From Bacillus subtilis subsp. subtilis str. 168 (lineage in GTDB: Bacteria; Bacillota; Bacilli; Bacillales; Bacillaceae): DNA of 32,000 nucleotides. This document shows, piece by piece, positions 1 to 8,324 of this stretch; position 1 is the stretch's first letter, and the number at the start of each line of letters is the position of its first letter. The DNA is taken from positions 3,270,001 to 3,302,000 of the forward strand of contig NC_000964.3 of the NCBI RefSeq assembly GCF_000009045.1. The letters run 5' to 3'. A program made the translations under genes and the position numbers. The notes below the pieces were generated by a model. That model saw nothing but the letters and a program-made list of their open reading frames with translations. It made no database searches and was not told where the DNA came from.

Positions 1-3000
1 CTGAATCTCAGGCTCCTGTCTTTGGTACGGGAGAGGAATGACATTTTGCTCAGACTTTTTCATCAGCAGAATCGCGTGGCGGATTTGCTTCATCTCAGTC
101 GTCAAGGAGTCATAGCCTTTTGAGAATTCGCTGTGGTTTCCGCCCGGGATAAAGCTGAACCCAAGATGAGCGTATGATTTCATGAAGTTAGCGAGACGAT
201 CTTGTATTCTCGTATCAATCGTCTGCTGGAATCTCGTTATCCCGTCAATCATCAGCACGACTTGTGAGAATCGCAGATTTTGTGCGTCTCCTTGGCGGAC
301 GGCTTCTACATACATGGCTTCTCTTGTTTTGAAAATGTCTTCTGCTGTTTCAATCCACTGCTCAATATCTTCTTTCGTTTCCAAATATGAAACATCTGAT
401 TCCTTCGCATAATGAGATAAGCCGCGGTCAATCGAGTCAAACAGGCCGATCATTTCGGTTTCATCATCAATCAGATGTTCAAGCATGACTTTTAGGACGT
501 TTGTTTTCCCGCGCTGAGTTTGGCCTAAAATCAGGCAGTGCTTATGCTTGCCCAAATCAAAATAGACTGGGCTGACTGTTTCTTCATGAAGCCCGATCGG
601 TACAGATAAAGGCTTGCGTTCCAGCTTGAAGCGGATAGACAATTCTCTCGTCGACAAGCTCTCAGGCAGCATCGGAATCGGTGCCGGCTGCTCCATTGAA
701 GCAAATCGCCCTTGAAGTTTCTGTACGTCTGATTTCAGCTCGTTGAACATGCCGATATCATCATCGGCGTCAACAGGCAGGAACATTTGCGCGAAATAAA
801 GCTCTTCCTTTTGAATGATGACGCGTCCCGGAATCGGCTCAAGATTGAATTTCGGACGGCCGTAAATGGAATATCCTTCTGATTGATCCATGAGATAATG
901 GACAATCTTTGTTTTCAAGTTATTTAACAATGACTGGCGGACAGCATTCACCCGCGTTGCTGTCAGCATAAAGTAGATACCCAAGCTTTGTCCGTCTCTG
1001 GAAAGCTGGACAAATTCCGATTCAAGCTCATGCATCTCATCCTTGACAATGTCAAAGTTGTCAATGGTGATAAAAATGAATGGAAGCTCTTCTTCGCTCA
1101 GCGCATTGTACATTTTGATGTGGCTGATTTCTTTTTCCCGGAACAAACGTTTACGGCGGTCAATTTCTTCTTTGATGCGAATCATGAACTTTTCAATTTT
1201 CCTTGACTGGTCCATCAGGAAGTAATCCGCGGTATGCGGGAGCTTCGCTAATGGCAGCAGCGTTCCGTTTCCGAAATCAAAGATATAGACATGAAGCTCT
1301 TCAGGTGTGTATACGTCCGCAAAACTCATCAGGAACGTTGCGGCTGCAATCGATTTTCCGTAGCCCGAAGAGCCGAAGATGCCGATATTTCCATCTTCCA
1401 TCATCTTATAAGCAATTGGCGCCTGTCTTTGCAGATCAGGTTCATCGACATACGCAAAGTGGAAATGGTCTTTTTCGTTTGAAGGGAAAAGAGTGCGCGG
1501 AATACGTTCCGCAAGCGGCGGCAGCCAAGGGCTTGGCAGCTTCTCGATTCCCATTTCATCTTGGATGCGTTCAATTTCGTCAACTACAGCTTCGATTTCG
1601 GTTTGAACGTCTTTTTTCGCGTTATCTTCGGTATCAACCTCAGAAAGCGGGATCAGACCCGTATCTGTGACGATCGCGATTTCATCCTCGGTACCGTAGA
1701 CTTCCTCTAAGTAAGGCGCCCCGCTCCATGCAGATTGGAACAGCTCATACACTTCATTGTTTCCGACCTGCAAATAGCCGCGGCCTGTTACGGTAATGTT
1801 TGCGGCATCGCTGTTTTTCAAAATTTCTTTACTGTCGGTGGCATCCTGGACCTTGAGCGCTACTTTAAAGCGCGAGTTACTCCAGATCTGGTCGTCGATG
1901 ATGCCGCCTGGCTTCTGTGTCGCCAAAATCAAATGAACGCCGAGGCTTCGTCCGATACGCGCGGCACTGACAAGCTCCCTGATAAAATCAGGCTCCTCGC
2001 TTTTCAGCTCGGCAAACTCATCAGAAATTAAGAACAAGTGAGGCATCGCCACTTCTGCTTTCCCTTGCTTGTATAGCTTTGTATAGTCATTGATGTGATT
2101 GACTTGATACTGGTCAAACAGGCGCTGCCTTTTTTTTAGCTCGCTTTTAATGGAAGCAAGCGCACGCATACTGAAGTTTTTGCTTCCTTCAATATTTGTG
2201 ATCGTGCCGAGGAGGTGGGGAATGTTACGGAACGGCTGCGCCATTCCTCCGCCTTTATAGTCAATTAGTAAGAAAGCCGCTTCATGCGGATGAAAATGCA
2301 CTGCAAGTGACAAGATGTAGGTCTGGAGAAATTCACTTTTCCCTGATCCCGTTGTCCCCGCAAGCAAGCCGTGCGGACCGTGTGCTTTTTCGTGAAGGTT
2401 CAGATACACAATGTCATCTTTCCCTTTATAGCCGATCGGCACTGACAGCGACTTCGACGATTCACTTGTCAGCCATCTTTGCTGAATGCCGATTTCTTTT
2501 ACTTCCTTCGCATGAAAAAGCTCCAGGAACGATACCGTTTCCGGAATGGAATTCGTAATGCCGACCTGGTGGTTCAGCGTCCGCAGTGTGCGTGAAAACC
2601 GTTCGTTATCCTCACGCTGATGATGATCGAGACGGAACGGAATTCTTACCGCTTTTTTCTTTTGTATTAAAATGTCGCCTTCATGCTCATTAATGTAGCG
2701 GACAAGAGTTGTAATGTTTTCCGACAAGCTTTCCTTTGTTTCTGCAGCGACAATTGTCGAGATGCCCAGATGCTCATGCTGCCCTTCTAAATATTCGAGA
2801 ATGACATGCTCAGAGATCAGCTGCTGATTCGTGATGACAAATACAAAATGCGGTTTGAACTGCAGTTTTTCTTTGTCATCTTCGAGATCACGCTCTCTGA
2901 TCAATTCGTAAAGTGAAGACAGGAGCTGATCTCGGGTTTGCTCATTATAAATAAATCCTTTTGCATAAATATGGGGCATTTGAAATTGCGGAAGCCACTT

Positions 3001-4401
3001 CATCCACTCCCAGTCTTTATACTCTTCTTCATGAAAAATAAATACGAAACGCAAATCGTGATAGCTGTTAAAGAACGACAGCTGTCCGATTAGCTGGTGA
3101 ATCTCATTTTTCACAATTTGTGATTTACCGACAAGCCCCATCGGACCTTCTGCCAAATCGACCGTCACCGGCGCATTACGGATATCTTTATAGACGCGTT
3201 GCATGTGCTGCGATTTCTCCATGAGGTCATCGATATCACGATTCGCCAAGTCTCCGCCACTCATATTGATTTCATAGCTTGACGGAACTGTTCCCGTCCC
3301 AAGCCGCAGCTGGAGATAATCCTTGCTTTCAAGTGATTTTTCCCAGATCCGGTCACTGATTTCACTTGTTAAGTATTTCATTTGTTCAAATGAAGGAAAG
3401 TGAAATTCAAGAACCTGCTTTTGCTTTTCAGCAAGTGCCTGAAGCTCTTTCCGCTTATTGTCTAAGTAAAGCTTATATACACGCTCCCGTTTTTCCTCGC
3501 GTTTTTTCCGCTGGTTTTTATCACGGAAATATTGCACTGTCGAGGTAATGAGAGTCATCATAAACATCGCCAAAGAAACGAGTATAAATATGCCGCGCGG
3601 CTGGATGATGGCAACTACGCCCATCACGATCAGCATCACAAGCGGAGGCAGGATGACGAGCCACAGCCCTCTGTTGGTTTGATCGCTCTCCTGAGAGGGA
3701 AAACTGAAAGAAACGCGGTCATCCGGCAGATCGTATACCATCCGCGGCGTTCTTCTGTACTGCGGATATTTTTTCTGCATCTCTGTACTCGGTTTGACCG
3801 TTTCTGTTAACGCTGTTTCAAACTGGGCATAATGAACAATTTCTAAAAGGTCTTGTTCCGTCACCCTCATTTGCGTGAAGTTCCAGAATATTTCATCCCC
3901 CGGCTTGAGCGGCGTATTGGCGTTGATTTTCTCTCCGTTCAAGAAGATCGTTCCGCTTTCAGGGCGGACCGACCAGCTGCCGCCTGCACGGAGCAAAGAA
4001 AACGTGCTTTGTTCTGCAAATGCAAAATCTTGCGGATTCAGATAAATATCTGCATTCGTTTTTTCTGAGGAACATACAATTTCATCCCGATTTCCCGTAA
4101 AATAAACGGATTTCTCAGGTTCACTGCCCGTCAATATCAAGCGTATATCCTGCTGATCCGTTTGGAGAGTAAATGATATATCCGTCTCAATCGTGCCGAG
4201 ACAATCATTTCCCAGGAAAACTTCGTATTGGCCGCCGGATTCCTTTCTTTTAAGAGAAATCACTCCGCTATTAAATGGAATGGTGCTGATCGTAACAGAA
4301 TCCTTCACATCAGGCCCTATGGTCACCGGATGAGACGACGGGAGGTTAGACAGATTTAATTTTTGAACGTTATTTTGGTAAAAAACCCATAATAGACTCA
4401 A
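1..4401 (-). CDS. essC: Type VIIb secretion FtsK/SpoIIIE-family ATPase EssC (YukBA). First 1467 codons only; the C-terminus runs off the left window edge.
   Basis: The minus-strand frame is open from TTG (4401-4399; SD AAGGGGG 7 nt upstream) to nt 1. Hand translation starts MSLLWVFYQNNVQKLNLSNLPSSHPVTIGPD and ends ...PYQRQEPEIQ at nt 3-1. Three Walker-A loops were read directly: GTTGSGKS (2335-2358), GSSGYGKS (1351-1374), GQTQRGKT (502-525). It is missing from the ORF track because it has no in-window stop. No minus-strand ORF fragments are listed in 1-4401, which fits one uninterrupted frame. Matches YukBA by recollection. Confidence 0.93.
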   Translation of the reverse strand, partial: MSLLWVFYQNNVQKLNLSNLPSSHPVTIGPDVKDSVTISTIPFNSGVISLKRKESGGQYEVFLGNDCLGTIETDISFTLQTDQQDIRLILTGSEPEKSVYFTGNRDEIVCSSEKTNADIYLNPQDFAFAEQSTFSLLRAGGSWSVRPESGTIFLNGEKINANTPLKPGDEIFWNFTQMRVTEQDLLEIVHYAQFETALTETVKPSTEMQKKYPQYRRTPRMVYDLPDDRVSFSFPSQESDQTNRGLWLVILPPLVMLIVMGVVAIIQPRGIFILVSLAMFMMTLITSTVQYFRDKNQRKKREEKRERVYKLYLDNKRKELQALAEKQKQVLEFHFPSFEQMKYLTSEISDRIWEKSLESKDYLQLRLGTGTVPSSYEINMSGGDLANRDIDDLMEKSQHMQRVYKDIRNAPVTVDLAEGPMGLVGKSQIVKNEIHQLIGQLSFFNSYHDLRFVFIFHEEEYKDWEWMKWLPQFQMPHIYAKGFIYNEQTRDQLLSSLYELIRERDLEDDKEKLQFKPHFVFVITNQQLISEHVILEYLEGQHEHLGISTIVAAETKESLSENITTLVRYINEHEGDILIQKKKAVRIPFRLDHHQREDNERFSRTLRTLNHQVGITNSIPETVSFLELFHAKEVKEIGIQQRWLTSESSKSLSVPIGYKGKDDIVYLNLHEKAHGPHGLLAGTTGSGKSEFLQTYILSLAVHFHPHEAAFLLIDYKGGGMAQPFRNIPHLLGTITNIEGSKNFSMRALASIKSELKKRQRLFDQYQVNHINDYTKLYKQGKAEVAMPHLFLISDEFAELKSEEPDFIRELVSAARIGRSLGVHLILATQKPGGIIDDQIWSNSRFKVALKVQDATDSKEILKNSDAANITVTGRGYLQVGNNEVYELFQSAWSGAPYLEEVYGTEDEIAIVTDTGLIPLSEVDTEDNAKKDVQTEIEAVVDEIERIQDEMGIEKLPSPWLPPLAERIPRTLFPSNEKDHFHFAYVDEPDLQRQAPIAYKMMEDGNIGIFGSSGYGKSIAAATFLMSFADVYTPEELHVYIFDFGNGTLLPLAKLPHTADYFLMDQSRKIEKFMIRIKEEIDRRKRLFREKEISHIKMYNALSEEELPFIFITIDNFDIVKDEMHELESEFVQLSRDGQSLGIYFMLTATRVNAVRQSLLNNLKTKIVHYLMDQSEGYSIYGRPKFNLEPIPGRVIIQKEELYFAQMFLPVDADDDIGMFNELKSDVQKLQGRFASMEQPAPIPMLPESLSTRELSIRFKLERKPLSVPIGLHEETVSPVYFDLGKHKHCLILGQTQRGKTNVLKVMLEHLIDDETEMIGLFDSIDRGLSHYAKESDVSYLETKEDIEQWIETAEDIFKTREAMYVEAVRQGDAQNLRFSQVVLMIDGITRFQQTIDTRIQDRLANFMKSYAHLGFSFIPGGNHSEFSKGYDSLTTEMKQIRHAILLMKKSEQNVIPLPYQRQEPEIQ

Positions 4402-4461
4402 ATGGCGAACCCCCTTACGGCCGAATGGCAGCATGCGATGACCTGCGCTTCATGTCTCACG

Positions 4462-5817
4462 TTATTTGTCATCTTTTTTCTCATCTTTCTTTTCTGTTTC
4501 TTTTTTCTCGTCTTCTTTTTCCTTCTGTTCTTCTTTTTTCGCTTTTTCCTCGGCTGCGGCTTTTTCTTCTGCCGCTTTCTCTTCTGCTTGTTTTTCTTCG
4601 TCTGTTTGTGTCTGTTCTTCGCTTGTATCGACTAACGATGTTTCAGAATTAGACTGTTTATTTTCTTGACGTTCTTTTTGGGCTTTTTCAAGCTCACTAT
4701 TTACTGAATCAAGTTCTTTTTGTATGTCTTCATCATTTGTATCCTCAGATAAAAGCTGCTGTTTATATTTAGCTAGGGCAAAGTAAATATAATCATTGTA
4801 TTCCAGCTTACGGCCGATACTGATCGCTTCTTTGTATTCTCCTCGACCATAATCAATCCAATATAAGAAATGCTGAGGGTCTGATTGAAGGGTGACTAAA
4901 TTATTTTCTATATTTTTGGTTTTTGCACTCCCCAGGTTTTCGACCTCAACATAGGACGTCGCCAGCTGATACTGCACCGATTCAGGCAGGCTTTCCGCAT
5001 CGTACTTGGACAGTGTGCTGATGACTTCACTGTACTGCTTGTTTAAGAACGCACGGTTGCTGTCCACTATCGCCTGGTGCTTTGGCTGCGCGAAAAATAA
5101 GGCGTACATCGAATAAATAAGTGCCGGTACAAGCAAAACAATGAGCCCCAGGCCGATATATCGCTGGATGTTCCACTTCTTTCTCGGGATATGTATGTAT
5201 GTTTTTGCTTTGGCTTCGAGCTCATCAATATGGGTTTGAATCAGCTCGAGCAAATCATCATAGGATTCAGCATCTAATATCGCCTTTGCCTCTGCGGAGA
5301 ACGTCAGCGTTTCATTGAATTTCAGGTAGTCTTCAAACGCAAAAGCGCCGTCAACTGCCAAAGCCGCTGCCGCTTTCAGCTCCTGCCATACTCTTTCCTC
5401 ATCACGCTCGTAAGGAGGAATGCTTTCTTTTACTCCATAATGGAGAAAATAAGGCGTAAGCCCTTTATCGAATACAATGTTTTCAGGAGCGACAATCAAA
5501 TTCAGCCTCGACAGATTGTGCTGCTGTACGGCTTGAACAAGCTGATAGGCAAACTGCCATTTACTTTTTTTATCCTTAGCTTTCATGAAGCGGAATGCTT
5601 TATAGGAGGAGGGAGGTTGGATTGTGATGATTACTTCATCATCCGTCACATCGATTTCTTTATGAAAAAATGGATTTATATCTTTGATCACGTTAGCTTC
5701 AAGACCGTCGAGAAGCTTTATTTTTTCCCGTTGAAAGGTAAATGTATAGCCGGCATCTGTTTTCTCGGCAACAGCTTCTAATTGGTTTTCTAAATATGAT
5801 TTTTGTTCACCTGACAT
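4462..5817 (-). CDS. essB: T7SSb membrane component EssB (YukC), 451 aa
   Basis: Track ORF. It has one central TM segment (YIGLGLIVLLVPALIYSMYALFF) and sits between yukD and essC, as in Firmicutes T7SSb loci. Recognised as B. subtilis YukC. The C-terminal ~55 aa are a K/E/A-rich low-complexity tail. Confidence 0.92.
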   Translation of the reverse strand: MSGEQKSYLENQLEAVAEKTDAGYTFTFQREKIKLLDGLEANVIKDINPFFHKEIDVTDDEVIITIQPPSSYKAFRFMKAKDKKSKWQFAYQLVQAVQQHNLSRLNLIVAPENIVFDKGLTPYFLHYGVKESIPPYERDEERVWQELKAAAALAVDGAFAFEDYLKFNETLTFSAEAKAILDAESYDDLLELIQTHIDELEAKAKTYIHIPRKKWNIQRYIGLGLIVLLVPALIYSMYALFFAQPKHQAIVDSNRAFLNKQYSEVISTLSKYDAESLPESVQYQLATSYVEVENLGSAKTKNIENNLVTLQSDPQHFLYWIDYGRGEYKEAISIGRKLEYNDYIYFALAKYKQQLLSEDTNDEDIQKELDSVNSELEKAQKERQENKQSNSETSLVDTSEEQTQTDEEKQAEEKAAEEKAAAEEKAKKEEQKEKEDEKKETEKKDEKKDDK

Positions 5818-5831
5818 TCAACCAGATCCTT

Positions 5832-6071
5832 TCATAATATTTCAAGCCGGTCTCCGTTTGTAATGCCGCAATCAGACAGCTTGCATTCTCCGGAAAACAC
5901 CTTATCCTTGTTCACCACTCTGATCCAGTGCCCTTCGCGCGGAGGCATAGATACGCTTTGGGCCTGCCAAGCAATATCAATTACTTTTTTCACCGGGTGG
6001 TAATCTGACAATCTGAGATCAAAGACACTGCCGTTATAATGTTTCAAATCTATTGTAATATCAATATACAT
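5832..6071 (-). CDS. yukD: Ubiquitin-fold T7SS accessory protein YukD (EsaB family), 79 aa
   Basis: Track ORF with SD AAGGGTGA just upstream of the ATG and only 14 nt between its stop and the essB start. Sequence MYIDITIDLKHYNGSVFDLRLSDYHPVKK... is recognised as YukD. Confidence 0.9.
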   Translation of the reverse strand: MYIDITIDLKHYNGSVFDLRLSDYHPVKKVIDIAWQAQSVSMPPREGHWIRVVNKDKVFSGECKLSDCGITNGDRLEIL

Positions 6072-6094
6072 TTAGGATCACCCTTACATAGAAA

Positions 6095-6124
6095 GAGCGC
6101 CGTCTTCTTTTGAATCAGGCGCTC
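6095..6124 (-). terminator. Hairpin between yukE and yukD; possible partial terminator or processing stem
   Basis: GAGCGCC (6124-6118 on the minus strand) pairs with GGCGCTC (6101-6095) across a 16-nt loop, followed by TTTCTATG. The stem is perfect but the U-tract is weak. Confidence 0.3.
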
Positions 6125-6140
6125 CTTCCCTTTCATACTG

Positions 6141-6434
6141 TTATCCGCGGATTTGATTTGCGATGTCTTGGTCAGTAGACTCAAGTGTATTTGCTGTTTG
6201 ATCAAGCTGCTGATTCACATCTTGAAGCAAATCTGACATTTTGATAAATGAAGGTTTGAGCTGCTCGTATTGATCTGCGAACGCTTCGCTTGAAGCACCT
6301 TCCCACATGCTTTTCAAATCAGAGATCATTCGGTTTAAACGATCAACCTGATTTAATACTTCTTGGCTTTCAACGCCGTATTGCTTCGCCATCGCTCTTA
6401 GCTCTTCGGGTGTGACACGAATTAATCCTGCCAT
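6141..6434 (-). CDS. yukE: WXG100 secreted substrate YukE (EsxA-like), 97 aa
   Basis: The protein contains a W-x-G motif (SMWEGASSEAF). I moved the start from the track's 6458 to ATG 6434 (MAGLIRVTPEELRAMAKQYG...). AGGAGG (6451-6446) lies 11 nt upstream of 6434, and no SD precedes 6458. The 97-aa length matches YukE by recollection. Confidence 0.92.
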   Translation of the reverse strand: MAGLIRVTPEELRAMAKQYGVESQEVLNQVDRLNRMISDLKSMWEGASSEAFADQYEQLKPSFIKMSDLLQDVNQQLDQTANTLESTDQDIANQIRG

Positions 6435-6501
6435 ATTCCTCATTACCTCCTGTGCCATCAGCCTAAATATGGGCTAATTCACTTATTTTTAGAACGTCAT
6501 T

Positions 6502-6531
6502 ATTATAAAAACAGTTTTTCGGCATAGTCAA
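6502..6531 (-). promoter_or_regulatory. SigmaA-type promoter candidate for the yukE operon
   Basis: On the minus strand: TTGACT (6531-6526), an 18-nt spacer, then TATAAT (6507-6502), about 68 nt upstream of the yukE ATG. Confidence 0.45.
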
Positions 6532-6682
6532 ACAAATATGTTTTAATTTTACAAAATGAGTCCAATGGTTTACCCCGAATCACTCAAAAATGACATATAC
6601 TGTAAAGTAAATAGGTTTATTTTCTTAATCTTCTCTTCATTCTCCGAATAATCCAAAAGACCCAAATAACTCTCCAACTCCC

Positions 6683-6733
6683 AAAAAAAACCTTTCAGAA
6701 AATTTGATGCTACAGCACCATTTCTGAAAGGTT
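6683..6733 (-). terminator. Strong intrinsic terminator-like hairpin in the yukE-adeR intergenic region, oriented like yukE
   Basis: A perfect 13-bp stem, AACCTTTCAGAAA (6689-6701) with TTTCTGAAAGGTT (6721-6733), and a 19-nt loop. On the minus strand the stem runs straight into the run of T (8 A at 6683-6690 on +). On the + strand it is followed by cagTTTTTT, so it could act in both directions. Confidence 0.6.
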
Positions 6734-6799
6734 CAGTTTTTTCTTTCCTTAATTAGTCTTGCCTCCGATGACTTTCTTAGAAGATTAATAGGATAAGCT
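6683..6799 (-). ncRNA. Candidate ~115-nt non-coding transcript or leader, delimited by the promoter and terminator above
   Basis: The promoter-to-terminator geometry defines the unit. No start codon opens a meaningful ORF; the only ATG gives ATG GTG CTG TAG. It contains GGAGG with no start codon at SD distance. No family was recognised. Confidence 0.3.
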
Positions 6800-6804
6800 G
6801 TCGT

Positions 6805-6832
6805 ATTATATGAGACATACACTGTCCTGCAA
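6805..6832 (-). promoter_or_regulatory. Orphan sigmaA-type promoter candidate pointing toward the 6683-6733 terminator
   Basis: On the minus strand: TTGCAG (6832-6827), a 16-nt spacer, then consensus TATAAT (6810-6805). Confidence 0.35.
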
Positions 6833-6901
6833 AAAGGCGATTACACCGCCAAATGTATATAGAACGTTTCTCTCATGAAATTGTTTTTTTGCTTCTGTTC
6901 T

Positions 6902-6930
6902 TTGTTGTTGATTTTCACAAACAACAACAA
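6902..6930 (+). repeat. Triplet-repeat inverted repeat (TTG)3 ... (CAA)3 just upstream of the adeR SD
   Basis: TTGTTGTTG (6902-6910) pairs with CAACAACAA (6922-6930) across the 11-nt loop ATTTTCACAAA. The adeR SD AAAGGAAGGGGA follows at 6939-6950. The repeat is certain; its function is unknown. Confidence 0.5.
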
Positions 6931-6954
6931 TCATAATAAAAGGAAGGGGATGAG

Positions 6955-8223
6955 ATGTCAAAGAGAAATCAAGCACGAAAAGTAGGGAGATTTATGACCA
7001 TGCCGAATGATCCGTTTAAATATAGTTTTGACAGACTTGAAGATGTGGCTGATCATATCAGCGACGTTCTGCGGTGCCCGATCACCATAGAGGATGTTAA
7101 CCACAAGCTGCTTGCCTACAGTACACACAGCGACTGCACAGACCCTGCCCGGACGTCTACCATTATTGGCAGAAGGGTACCGGAGAAGGTGATTAACAAG
7201 CTGTGGAAAGACGGGACAATTCCTGCTCTCTTAAAAACGGACCAGCCGATCAGAGTCAAGCAAATCGATGAAGTCGGGCTGAGCAATCGCGTCGCTATTT
7301 CGATTTGGAAAAACAAGCAAGTACTTGGCTTCATATGGGCGCTTGAGATCCAAAAAACATTGTCCGATGAAGATCTGCTGACATTGCAAATGGCAGCAAA
7401 AGCAGTGAAAAACAAGCTTCTCAAACTTCAAATCAGAAAAACGAAAAATGAAGAACGCAGCCAAGAATTTTTCTGGAAAATGCTGACCGGACACATCCAT
7501 CAGGAGGATGATATGGCGGATGGGTTCCATAAGCTTGGAATGGCCGCTCCTTCAGAGTTTTCCGTTATGATCATCCGCATAAATGGCGAGCTGACTGAAA
7601 AAATCGAACAGCAGCTGCAATATTTACAGGAAACGACCCAGCAGGTTTACGTGCTGCTGGCGACCGTAGATTCCAATGAACTTATTATATTAACCTCACC
7701 CAAAACAGATCATCCTTTTCAAGATTTAAAACAGTTTGCTTTAAGTACGCAAAAACAGCTGAAGGAGCGGTATAAAATAGAAGACGTTTCTATCGCTTTT
7801 GGCGGAATATACAACTCTATTTCTTTTGTCTCCCGCTCCTATCAGGAAGCATTGTCCGTCTTAAAAACGAAGGAACGGTTCGCTGAAGAGACCAAACATC
7901 TTTTCAGCTTTTCTGAGTTAGGCATTTATCAATACTTAGATGTCTTAAATGAAAAACGGAAACAGGCGGGCCATTATAATTACTCGCTTTCCAAACTGGA
8001 ACAATATGACCGGGATCACCAGTCAAATATGGTAGAGACGCTAGAGCGCTTTATTGAAGCGGACAGCAACGTGAATACCGCTTCCAAGCTGTTAAATATA
8101 CACGTTAATACGTTGAATTACCGACTCAAGCGGATCAGCCAGATCGCTGAAATTGATTTGAAAAATGTGAATCAAAAATTCACCATCTATTTAGATATCA
8201 AACTTCGGCACATGGATTTGTGA
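6955..8223 (+). CDS. adeR: PucR-family transcriptional activator AdeR (YukF), 422 aa
   Basis: Track ORF with a good SD. It has a C-terminal PucR-type HTH ([31 protein letters not shown]) and lies immediately upstream of ald, as in B. subtilis. An internal ATG (MTMPNDPF) is a possible alternative start. Confidence 0.88.
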   Translation: MSKRNQARKVGRFMTMPNDPFKYSFDRLEDVADHISDVLRCPITIEDVNHKLLAYSTHSDCTDPARTSTIIGRRVPEKVINKLWKDGTIPALLKTDQPIRVKQIDEVGLSNRVAISIWKNKQVLGFIWALEIQKTLSDEDLLTLQMAAKAVKNKLLKLQIRKTKNEERSQEFFWKMLTGHIHQEDDMADGFHKLGMAAPSEFSVMIIRINGELTEKIEQQLQYLQETTQQVYVLLATVDSNELIILTSPKTDHPFQDLKQFALSTQKQLKERYKIEDVSIAFGGIYNSISFVSRSYQEALSVLKTKERFAEETKHLFSFSELGIYQYLDVLNEKRKQAGHYNYSLSKLEQYDRDHQSNMVETLERFIEADSNVNTASKLLNIHVNTLNYRLKRISQIAEIDLKNVNQKFTIYLDIKLRHMDL

Positions 8224-8247
8224 AATTTCACAAATCCATGTTTTTTT
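8211..8247 (+). terminator. 30-bp perfect palindrome plus T-run spanning the adeR stop codon; adeR terminator and/or operator
   Basis: CATGGATTTGTGAAA|TTTCACAAATCCATG (8211-8240) is exactly self-complementary and is followed by TTTTTTT (8241-8247). The adeR TGA is at 8221-8223. Confidence 0.6.
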
Positions 8248-8324
8248 ATTTTCTTAATCAAACAAAGAATTTTCCAAAATATCAAGCTACACTAAAAATA
8301 TCACATATACAGGAGGAGACAGAT

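Noticed and set aside
182-4068. About a dozen + strand ORFs of 60-155 aa listed in the track across the left 4 kb
   Set aside because: All lie antisense to the continuous essC frame, which translates into recognisable FHA and FtsK/SpoIIIE sequence with three P-loops. They have no SD sequences and low-complexity, Arg/Ser/Cys-rich translations typical of shadow ORFs.
4402-4669. Three overlapping + strand ORFs with poly-Phe/Leu/Ser translations
   Set aside because: They are the complement of the K/E-rich codon tract at the essB 3' end. The polypyrimidine strand is free of stop codons by composition alone.
6841-6876. 11-codon minus-strand mini-ORF (MRETFYIHLAV) upstream of the orphan promoter
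   Set aside because: It has no SD, is very short, and lies upstream of rather than within the predicted transcript.
8218-8233. The TTGTGAA..TTCACAA core of the adeR-ald palindrome resembles Rex (TTGTGAA-N4-TTCACAA) and Fnr/Crp (TGTGA-N6-TCACA) boxes
   Set aside because: The half-site spacing here is N2 (or N4 for the TGTGA/TCACA reading), which does not match either family as I recall them. I therefore do not call a redox-regulator site.
8220-8324. Track start of ald at GTG 8220, giving 35 extra N-terminal residues ([16 protein letters not shown]...)
   Set aside because: The extension begins inside the adeR terminator palindrome and overlaps the adeR stop. A consensus AGGAGG precedes ATG 8325, which yields the canonical MIIGVPKE N-terminus.
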